A DNA stretch of 12,841 nt from Azolla caroliniana (Eukaryota > Plantae > Polypodiophyta), in the NCBI GenBank assembly GCA_043228905.1, contig JBHGNT010001027.1, positions 1-12,841 on the forward strand, written 5' to 3'. Position 1 is the stretch's first letter. Every line of letters begins with the position of its first letter. The translations under genes and the position numbers were made by a program. Below, piece after piece: positions 1 through 8,383 of the stretch. The notes beneath the pieces are model-generated. The model did no database searches, was not told where the DNA came from, and worked only from the letters and a program-made list of their open reading frames with translations.

Positions 1-2038
1 AACCATGACGTTGTGTTTGACGAGTCCGCATCCTGGTACTTGCCTCCGACTCCGAACCTCACCTCAAATCTGAGTTCTGACGATGAGGTTAGCGAGGCCG
101 AGATGCCTCCGGATGCGCCTGAAATCGGGACCCGCAAAGAGAGTCTGATTTCGTTTCGGTTAAGTGGACCGGATGGACGATTGAGTCGGTTCGACCAGTC
201 CGATGAAGAGCCAACGAGTAGTGGAGACTCGGCCGTGCATTCCCCGCGTAGGAAGCCGAGGAGACGGCTTACACGCAAAGAAAAAGGGAAGAAGAAGGTG
301 TCGGATTACGGCACGGATAGGAACGAGTCAGATCGACGCGAGTCCGACTCCAAGGGAAGTGACGACAGGTCTTTGAGACCGAAGTCCGCGTCAGCCAAGA
401 AAGCCTCAACTTCGGCTAATAAGCAATTGCGCCGATCAACCAACCAGAAGAACCCTATTGTGAGATTCGGTTAGAACGAGTACATGGTGCATCACTATGT
501 GTACATGACACGTGTAGCGGATGTGCGTGAGCCGGAGAGCTACGCAGAAGCGGCGAAGGACGCAAATTGGCATGCCGCAATGGAGGAAGAGATGCGCGCA
601 TTGGCGGAAAATGAAACCTAGGACCTAGTTGATGCAAGAAAAGGTGTGAAGCCGATCGGATGTAGGTGGGTGTACAAGGTCAAGTACAACACTGACGGCT
701 CGGTCAACCGATATAAGGCCCAGTTAGTAGCAAAAGGCCATGCGCAAAAACACGGCATTGACTACAATGAGACGTTTGCACCAGTCACGAAGACAACAAC
801 TGTCCGTGTTTTGCTCACGGTCGCTACGGCAAAGGAGTGGCACTTACATCAGATGGATGTAAGGAATGCGTTCTTGCAAGCTGAGCTTGAGGAACAGGTG
901 TACATGGTACAGCCCCCCGAATTTCAGTCTGGAACGAACACTTCGGTGGTGTGCCGATTGAAGAAGTCCCTTTACGGACTAAAGCAAGCCCCGCGTGCCT
1001 AGAACGTGAAGATCACGCAACGATTGCGCCGGTTGGGCTTTGCGACGTTAAAATCAGACTCCTCACTGTTCACCCGGAAAGGTCGACTCAGGCCGGTTAG
1101 TATTTTACTTTATGTTGATGACTTGGTCATCACCGGCACCGACCTTTACTCCAGCTTGCGGCATCATTTGACATGAAGGACCTGGGGGACCTTCATTACT
1201 TCCTCGAGATCGAAGTGATCCGCACCCCCGAAGGCATACTGATCAGCCAACGGCATTACATGCTGAGTACGCTCTTCAAATTCGGGATGGCTGACTGTAA
1301 GTACGTCTCGATTCCTCTGGATAGAACCGTCAAGCTTCGTCCCGATTCCGGAAAGGTATGCGACCCGACGAGGTTCCGACAAATAGTCGGAAGCCTTATA
1401 TACTTGACCATCACCCGACCAGATCTCAGCTACACGGTCGGGGTGATCAGTCAGTTGATGGCGCGACCGACCAAGAAGCACCTTCAGTGCGCACAACGAC
1501 TACTCCAGTACGTTAGTGGCACTAAGGACCGGGGGCTACTATATCGGGCCGATACTGCCGCGCAATTGGTCAGTTACACCGATGTTGATTGGGCCGGAAA
1601 CGCCAGCGATCGTCGATCCACGTCCCGTTTCGCGTTCTATCTCGGGAGTGCCGCAATAGCGTGGAGTAGCAAGAAGTAGTCGATAGTTGCGCTGTCGAGC
1701 ACCGAAGCCGAGTATAGAGGAGCGGTTGTTGTGACATGCGAAGCCATATGGTTGAAGCGGCTACTTAAGGATCTACAGGTGGAGGTATCCGATCCAACAC
1801 CAATCTACTGTGACAACCTCAGCAACATCCAACTAGCTAAGAACCCCATCTTCCACGCCCGGACTAAGCACATTGAGGTGCACTACCATTTCGTCCGTGA
1901 GCGTGTCCTCTCCAGTGAAGTCGAACTTTAGTATGTTCCGACAGATCGGCAGAACGCCGACATCTTCACCAAGCCTCTTGGTCTGGACAAGTTGCGGCAA
2001 TTCTCGGGTGTGCTTGGGTTGCGTCACCTCGACATGCC

Positions 2039-2582
2039 GAACTTGAGGGGAAGAGACGTCCATGATGACCACGGAAGGGAGCAGGAAAGGAGCGGAAAAG
2101 ACCGTGATGCCGAGTCAGATGACGGATTTGATTTCGGATTGGCTGAGGAAGCCGAGGGCGGATCCGCAGAAGAGTCTGAAAACGAACATAAGGGGAGCAG
2201 TCGAAAGAAAGAGCCGAAGCCAACCAAGCATGGGGGAGACGAAGCCATCAAGGGCGAGAAGACCGAAGAAGAGTTGGAGATAGGCAACTTGGACGAGAGT
2301 GAAAACCGATCAGAGGAAGCTAAGTCGGTTCGGATGTTTTATTCGGATACGCTGAATCAACCAAGGGCCAAGCGGAAGACAAGGCAACAGAAGAGGCGCC
2401 AACACCGCAAGAACAAGGAAGCTGAGAAGGGCCGCGTGAGCAGACAAGCCGATCGGAAGGGTCGAGGCGCGCGGAATCGAACAGGTCGAGGAGCGCGAGC
2501 GAGGCGTGAAGCCAGAAGGAACCAGAGCGCAGATCTGGAAGAGCAGATGGAACCTCAAGTTGAACTTGAGGGGGAGTTTTGA
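2039..2582 (+). other. Open, low-complexity acidic then Arg/Lys-rich C-terminal extension in frame with RNase H
   Basis: ORF 1992-2582 is in the RNase H frame and runs ~175 codons past the usual LRG end of Copia pol, stopping inside the LTR. Homologous sequence occurs at 8565-9112. Confidence 0.75.
2568..2576 (+). other. Polypurine tract of element A
   Basis: GAGGGGGAG lies immediately before the LTR start. Confidence 0.85.
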
Positions 2583-2959
2583 GATACAAGCTCAACATTG
2601 ACCGGATTGGCTGTGCAAGCCGAGAACCGGATCGGTTGGGGCCGATCGGTTAGGCCGTAGCGGTGCGTAAACCACGAGGCCATTGGAAAGATATTCTGCG
2701 TAGAAATACATTCTGGGAGTTAGCGTAGAGCTCAGTTATGAGCATTGAAGTACGTGTCAGTACCTCTGTCAATCCGTATGGACATGTATAAAAGTGCTCA
2801 CTGAGCACATTCTATGTTCAGATTGAGTATTATTTTTTAATTTAGTTTTCTGTGTGTTCTCTCTATCTCTCCCACGTATTGTGTATATTCAAGCTCTCCA
2901 TTAAACCCTCCTATTTTCTGTGTTCGGTTTTCTATTGCTTCCGCACATAATCTTTTTCA
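2577..2959 (+). repeat. 3' LTR of element A (~383 bp)
   Basis: Follows the PPT. Starts TTTTGAGATACAAGCTCAACA (probably TGTTGAG mutated; compare TGTCGAGAGACAAGCTCAACA at 9113), contains TATAAAA and a T-rich U5, and ends in CA. Shares colinear blocks with 9113-9516. Confidence 0.85.
2787..2793 (+). promoter_or_regulatory. TATA box of LTR A
   Basis: TATAAAA, conserved in the same context in LTR C (TGTATAAAAAGTG, 9366-9378). Confidence 0.65.
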
Positions 2960-2964
2960 GTAAT
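2960..2964 (+). repeat. Putative right-hand 5-bp target site duplication of element A (GTAAT)
   Basis: GTAAT follows the terminal CA and matches 8229-8233 of the uninterrupted Gypsy 3' LTR. The left copy would be outside the window. Confidence 0.6.
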
Positions 2965-2978
2965 CTAGAGTACTCTAT

Positions 2979-3105
2979 GTTCTAGAATGTGCTAGAGTAT
3001 TCTAGAGTGCTCTTTTGTCTAGGAAATTCTAGAATATTCTAGCATGGTATTTATTCAAGGAGGTTCTAGAATATTCATGGTCTTTATTCTAGAACTTTCT
3101 AGAAT
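2979..3105. promoter_or_regulatory. Heat-shock-element-like array (TTCTAGAA repeats) in the 5' LTR U3
   Basis: Repeated alternating nTTCn/nGAAn pentamers, e.g. aTTCtaGAAtaTTCt at 3026-3040, upstream of the TATA box. Confidence 0.65.
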
Positions 3106-3119
3106 ATCCTATTAAAACT

Positions 3120-3127
3120 TATAAATA
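3120..3127 (+). promoter_or_regulatory. TATA box of the Gypsy 5' LTR
   Basis: TATAAATA, identical at 8394-8401. Confidence 0.75.
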
Positions 3128-3235
3128 TGCATATTACCATAAGGGATGAACCAATTTGGTTAAACGCCATTCTAGAGCGCCCTTGTTTACTCGTTGTATT
3201 CCACTCTTCTATTGGAATACATTATCTTTACAATA

Positions 3236-3260
3236 CTCTCTCTCTCTCTCTCTCTCTCTC
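3236..3260 (+). repeat. (CT)n microsatellite at the U5 end of the 5' LTR
   Basis: Direct reading. Confidence 0.95.
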
Positions 3261-3264
3261 GACA

Positions 3265-3278
3265 GTTTGAACCTAATT
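3265..3278 (+). other. Non-tRNA (self-priming type) primer binding site candidate
   Basis: No TGG-initiated tRNA PBS follows the LTR. TTGAACCTAATT (3267-3278) is complementary to LTR sequence ~33 nt downstream of the TATA box (3153-3164 and 8427-8438). Confidence 0.6.
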
Positions 3279-3358
3279 TCTTGTTTCCTTCCTCATTTCT
3301 TTCTCTTTCAAGAACCTTAATAAGTTTCCTTCTTTCTTTTCCTCTTCCTTCGTACGAT

Positions 3359-4480
3359 ATGGAGTCTGTGAGCAAACAAGAATATATGCGCGTCCTTTCT
3401 GAGCTCGACATCCTCACAAATAAATTTGTGGCACTAGAGTAAGAAAATCAAAGACTACTCGGGGACCTACAACATGTGAGTACCGAGAAAGCGCAACAGT
3501 ATGAAGAGTTGTCACAATGGGTTCGCCAACTCGAGGCTACTATATTATCATTACGAGAACAAGCGTTGGGGGTTCAAAAATACCCCAAAGAACCTAAGAT
3601 TAGCCTCCCTGCTAAGTTTGATGGTACGAGGTCTCTATTTCGAGGCTTTTTGAATCAAGTACGTTTGGTCATTCAACTACATCCTAATCGATATCCAACA
3701 GAAGCTGCTCGTGTGGGATTAGTAGGAACCTTGCTATGTGGTACGGCACTAGCATGGTTTGCTCCACTCCTCGAAAAGAAGTTACCGTTGTTGGAGGATT
3801 TTGAGGTGTTTGTTAAGGAGTTTCAAGTTAGCTTTGGAGATACTGACAATATTAGGATTGCAATAAACAAGAATCGAAGGCTCCGACAAGGAGATCGTCC
3901 CGCGTCGGCTTACGCAGCCGATTTCCGTCTCTTGGCATGCGATATCCCTTGGGATGAGGTGGCTCTAATGGAACAATTTCGTCATGTTCTGCGTAATGAT
4001 GTCAAAGATCTTCTTCTTACCTTTCATGAAGATCCGAAATCTCTTACAGAGGCAATTAGTCGAGCTGTATGTTATGATATTCGCCTCTTTGAGCGACGCT
4101 CGGACCAACAAATGTTGCGCCGTCAACCGGATCAAACGTACGTTTCTATAATCGCAACGCCTCCACCAGTCTCAAGACTCATTACGAGGGATGGCCCAAC
4201 TCCAATGGAAATAGAGTCAACACAACGTCGGGGGCCCTTATCGAATGCTGAGAAGCAATGACGTCGAGCACACCGCTTATGTCTATATTGTGGGGGTCCA
4301 GGACATATAGCTGTGGATTGTCCGCATAAACCTAGACGTCAAGTATACCAAGTAAGTGCACAAGACAACCCTACTTCAAGTTCCGTTATTACTTCTAATA
4401 ACATAATTAAGCCTAGTAGTCCATGCCATGAGAATAGATTCGAGGTCTTGAGCCAATTAGAGGATGTGTTAAACGAGTAA
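3359..4480 (+). pseudogene. gag: Gypsy Gag (coiled-coil-like N-terminus, capsid, CCHC zinc knuckle)
   Basis: ATG 3359 (MESVSKQE) to TAA 4478-4480 in one frame, with premature stops at 3440 and 4259. Motifs PKISLPAKFDG, LRQG..ASAYAADF, GPTPMEI and CLYCGGPGHIAVDC (4280-4321). Confidence 0.9.
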
Positions 4481-4519
4481 GTCCGGCCAAAATAGGAGCC
4501 ATTTGGTTGGACAACCCTA
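4468..4519 (+). other. -1 programmed ribosomal frameshift signal
   Basis: G_TTA_AAC in gag phase two codons before the gag stop, a 6-nt spacer, then an 11-bp stem 4481-4491/4502-4512. The pol frame is -1 and open from 4438. Confidence 0.75.
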
Positions 4520-7500
4520 GATATGTAGAGTTAGTTCCTAGTCGTGGTTCCATTTCATCAAATCAAGTTAGTCGAGCTTTTTCTACACAAGTTGAGCTTA
4601 GCACAGCTACATGTCATCGAGTCCTAGTCTCTGCCCTATTAGATTCTGGAGCCAACTCTTGTTTCACGGATCGTGAGTTTGCATTGACACAAAAAATCCT
4701 CTTGAATAGCCTCCCGAACCTAGTATCCGTGGAAGTCATCGATGGTCATCCTATAGGATCGGGTGATATAGTCGAAGAGTATAAGCCAATTTGTGTAGTT
4801 CTTGGTGATTTGACAAGTATAATCTCTTTCAACATTATTCGTAGGCCAAAACACCCATTAGTTCTAGGTCTCCCTTGGTTTGAACTACATAACCCAAAGA
4901 TTGATTGGATGAAAAGAACAATTGAGGAATCCCAAGAAAAAAGAACTACACTCGCATCCCTCAACACTCCAAAATTTGATACTGGGTCCCATAAGTTATC
5001 GACCATTTCTCTCCATCAGTTACGTGAGGAAGCGGGGAACGAGGACATGTTCATTTTTGCAATCATAGCAACTCCATCAAGCCCATCACCCACCTTACCG
5101 AAGCTGGACATCCAATTACCAAAAAAATACAAAGAGTTTTCAGACATCTTTGATAAGGTGAAGGCAAATACACTGCCAGAGCATAGGCCATACGACTGTC
5201 CTATTGACTTACAGCCAAGGAAAGAACCGTCATGGGGGCCAATTTATAATCTCTCTCCTGTCGAGCTAGAGACTTTGCAAGAATATATCAAGGAGAATCT
5301 TGCAAACGGACTCATTTGGCATTCTAGATCCCCTCCTGGTGCACCTATCTTCTTTGTTAAGAAGAAAAACGGGATATTCGGTTGGTCGTGGATTATCGAG
5401 GGCTGAACAAAGTGACTATCCGGAATATATATGCTCTACCCTTGATCCCAAACCTTTTGGAACGTCTCAGTGGAGCAAAAAATTTCACAAAATTGGACCT
5501 TCGCGGTACATACAATTTAGTTCGAATTCGCCCAGGGGACGAATGGAAAACTGCTTTTCGTACTCGTTATGGACATTTTGAGTATACCGTGATGCCATTC
5601 GGTCTCACAAATGCGCCTGCAGTGTTCCAACATATGGCAAATGATATTTTTCGACATTTTCTCGATATCTTCACTATAGTTTATCTGGACGACATTTTGA
5701 TCTACTCAAAGACTGAAGAGGAGCATGATAAACATGTTCGTCAGGTATTACATCGACTACGAGAATATGGTCTCTACGCAAAATTAGAAAAGTGTAGTTT
5801 CGGCTAGAATCAAGTGGAGTTTTTGGGGTATGTTGTATCATCAACTGGTATCTCTATGGACCCAATGAAGGTTCAAACAATTTTAGATTGGCAAACACCC
5901 CTTTCCGTGTGTGATGTATAATGTTTTCTTGGGTTTGCAAATTTTTATCGGAAATTCATTAAAAATTATTCCAAGGTTGTGCTTCCACTCACCCGACTCA
6001 CACAGAAAAATCAACCATTCATATGGAATTCAGAGGCAACTGAGGCGTTCGAAAGTTTAAAACGAGCATTTACAACAGCGCCTATTTTAGCTCATGTTGA
6101 TCCCAAGAAACACTTCATCCTTGAAGCTGATGCATCTGACTTTGTATTAGGAAGTGTTCTATCACAAATTGGAGATGACAGGCAACTACATCCTATTGCT
6201 TTTCATTCCCGAAAATTCGAAGCTGCAAAGATTAACTACGAGATCCATGACAAAGAGCTTCTGGCAATTGTGGATTCTTTTCAACAATGGCGACATTTTC
6301 TGGAAGGTTCTTCTCAGCAAATAATTATCTACAATGATCACAAGAACTTAACATATTTCCAAAATGCTCGAGTCTCAAGTCGGCGACAAGCCTGTTGGGC
6401 GCAATTTTTGACTCATTTCGACTTCGTAATCATATATCGCCGAAGGATACAACAAGGAAAAGCGGATGCTCTTTCATGACGCTCTTATATGGAACTTCTT
6501 CTAGGAGAACCAACTTTTGAGCATCAAAAACAAATCCTTTTGGGCCCAAAGCACCTACGAGTTATGGCAGTCAATTCCATAACCACACCCAGGGATTCCA
6601 CTCTTCTTGATTCCATTCGAGATCATATGGCTCCTAATGTGTTCACGAAAGAAGTTTTAGATCATATCATCCCGGATCGTGCTTCTTGCTTTAAATCGCA
6701 AAACCCTCGTACTGACTATAGGCAGTTCTATTGGCATGGTGGTTTTCTGTTTCGACAAAACCTTCTGTATGTACTTGATGGTCCCCCACATTTGCAAGTC
6801 TTACAACATTGTCATGACACTCCAATGACTGACATTTTGGAGTAGCCAAAACTCTAGAATTAGTTTCTCGGCGATATTGGTGGCCTCGACTTCGTCGTTT
6901 TGTCGAGGAGTACGTCTGACGTTGTGATACATGTTGTCAATCAAAGAGTCCTCGACACCGATCATATGGGTTACTCCAACCACTTCCAATTCCTGAAAAT
7001 CCGTGGAAGTCTATATCCTTGGATTTCATCACCGATCTCCCAGTTTTGAGGGGTTTTGATACCATTCTAACCGTGGTCGATTGACTTACCAAAATGGCAC
7101 ATTTTGAGACAGTCGATCTAGTTATGCGGGAGGTATTCAAGCATCATGGTCTCCCAAACGATATTATTAGTGATCGAGGTCCACAATTCATCTCAAAGTT
7201 TTGGAAGCACATGTTAAAACTTCTCCGAGTTTCGGCTAAGCTTTCTTCGGGCAATCATCTATAGACTAATGGCCAAACCGAGCGTACCAACCAGACTTTG
7301 GAGCAGTATCTTCGTTGTTTCATCAACTATCAACAGGATGATTGGGTTGATTTTCTACACTTGGCTGAATTCGCTTATAAAAACTCAGTCCATTCGTCTA
7401 CAAGATATTCTCCATTTTCGCAAATACTGGTTCTCATCCTCGTTGGACAATGACTGAACACCCCGGAGTTCCTCTCAACCCTGCTGCTACAGATCGTCTC

Positions 7501-7862
7501 AGTCGTCCCCAAGAAGTTCACGCTACCATTCTCCACAATTTGCGTGATGCCCAAAGTACATACAAGAGGATTGCAAACCTTCATCGCCTAGACTCCTCAG
7601 AAATGTTTCAGGTGGGGGATCGTGTATGGCTTCTACAACACAACATCAAGACCACTCGGCCTTGTGGTAAATTAGATTACCAACGGTTCGGCCCATACGA
7701 GATCACTGGTAAGATAAGCGATGTTACATTTCGTCTTGGCCTCCCTCCTCACATGCATCTTCACCCCGTGTTTCATGTCTCCCTTCTCGAACCTTACATC
7801 ACAAGTTCAATTCTTGGCCGTCTTACAATTCCCCCGCCACCGATAGAGTTTTTGGAAGACCG

Positions 7863-8024
7863 GAATTTGAAGTTGCGGCCATTCTCGATTCCAAGATTGT
7901 GCGCAACAAGTTGTATTACTTGGTCAATTGGTTAGGCTATACACCCAATGATCAAACTTGGGAACCTGCTGAAAATCTTGTCAATGCTGCAGACATAGTC
8001 ACCGAATTTCATCGACAATATCCT
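7863..8024 (+). other. Group I-type chromodomain at the integrase C-terminus
   Basis: EFEVAAILDSKIVRNKLYYLVNWLGYTPNDQTWEPAENLVNAADIVTEFHRQYP, with the aromatic cage positions F/W/Y present. Confidence 0.92.
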
Positions 8025-8073
8025 CATAAACCCGGTCCTAGTTCAACCCATGCGACCCGTGATACGGGTCGTC

Positions 8074-8088
8074 GAAGAAGGGGGATAG
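8074..8088 (+). other. Polypurine tract of element B
   Basis: GAAGAAGGGGGATAG lies directly before TGTCA. Confidence 0.9.
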
Positions 8089-8114
8089 TGTCATGATGAC
8101 ACTTACATGCAATT

Positions 8115-8175
8115 TGGGTTTACAAGGAATCGAACCCATAACCTTGTTATATTCGCATCACGTTCTTGACCATTG
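8115..8175 (-). pseudogene. Degenerate tRNA-Ile(AAT)-like fragment inside the Gypsy U3
   Basis: The minus strand reads CAATGGTCAAGAACGTGATGCGAATATAACAAGGTTATGGGTTCGATTCCTTGTAAACCCA. It has D-loop TGG, AAT at the anticodon position, AGGT variable loop, B-box GGTTCGATTCC and terminal CCA in tRNA spacing. Stems are broken and the 5' acceptor strand is missing. Confidence 0.65.
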
Positions 8176-8248
8176 TAATGATATATTTATTTGTAAAAGA
8201 ATTGATAAACTATATGAAATACTATAGAGTAATTGTTGAGTACTCTAT

Positions 8249-8383
8249 GTTCTAGAATGTTCTAGAATATTCCAGAGTGCTCTTTTGTCTAGGAAATTCT
8301 AGAATATTCTAGCATGGTCTTTATTCTAGGAAGTTCTAGAATATTCTAGCATGGTCTTTATTCTAGGACTTTCTAGAATATCC
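8249..8383. promoter_or_regulatory. Heat-shock-element array and 37-bp tandem repeat in the 3' LTR U3
   Basis: gTTCtaGAAtgTTCtaGAAtaTTCc (8249-8273) has five perfect alternating pentamers. A 37-bp unit occurs at 8288-8324, 8325-8361 and partially at 8362-8383. Confidence 0.75.

Larger units (their letters stand above)
1..2582 (+). pseudogene. pol: Copia pol remnant: integrase C-terminal region, reverse transcriptase, RNase H and charged tail
   Basis: Motifs: DVVFDE (7-24); EPESYAEA..W..AMEEEM; [12 protein letters not shown]; YKAQLVAKG; [10 protein letters not shown]; [10 protein letters not shown]; YVDD (1111-1122); ITRPDLSY; YTDVDWAG..RRSTS; STEAEY; YCDN; RTKHIEVHYHFVRE; ADIFTKPL. In-frame stops at 472, 619, 1000, 1677 and 1929, plus a small frameshifting deletion near 1148. 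Confidence 0.95.
1..2959 (+). mobile_element. Element A: Ty1/Copia LTR retrotransposon, 3' half (5' part lies outside the window), degenerate
   Basis: Domain order is IN C-terminus, RT, RNase H, followed by a PPT (2568-2576) and an LTR ending ...TTTTTCA at 2959, where sequence homologous to the Gypsy LTR begins. Confidence 0.95.
2960..3264 (+). repeat. 5' LTR of element B, lacking its first ~140 bp (interrupted by element A)
   Basis: 2968-3236 aligns with 8238-8510 (hand count: 12 substitutions and one 4-bp indel). Ends ...TCTCGACA, the inverse of the TGTC start at 8089. Confidence 0.92.
4471..8096 (+). pseudogene. pol: Gypsy Pol: protease, RT, RNase H, integrase, chromodomain
   Basis: Motifs: LLDSGA (PR); [37 protein letters not shown] (RT); EADASD, YEIHDKELLA, DHKNL, ADALS (RH); [48 protein letters not shown] (IN). 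Several stops (e.g. 5805, 6477) and frameshifts (~5375, ~6830, ~7420, ~7860). Confidence 0.95.

Noticed and set aside
3187-3442. ORFs spanning the (CT)n tracts (3187-3417, 5' part of 3194-3442, 8401-8655, 8461-8790)
   Set aside because: The LSLS/ERER runs are microsatellite translations inside LTRs. Only the part from ATG 3359 is gag.
8115-8175. Functional tRNA gene
   Set aside because: The 5' acceptor strand and most of the A-box are missing and the anticodon and T stems are disrupted. Kept only as a relic.
8229-8240. GTAAT-TGTTGAG in the Gypsy 3' LTR looks like A's TSD plus A's LTR start
   Set aside because: Only 7 bp, and explained by two substitutions in a TTCTAGAG motif. Probably coincidence.
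8288-8383. 37-bp repeats as a CRISPR-like array
   Set aside because: The units are head-to-tail with no spacers, inside a eukaryotic LTR, with no cas genes.
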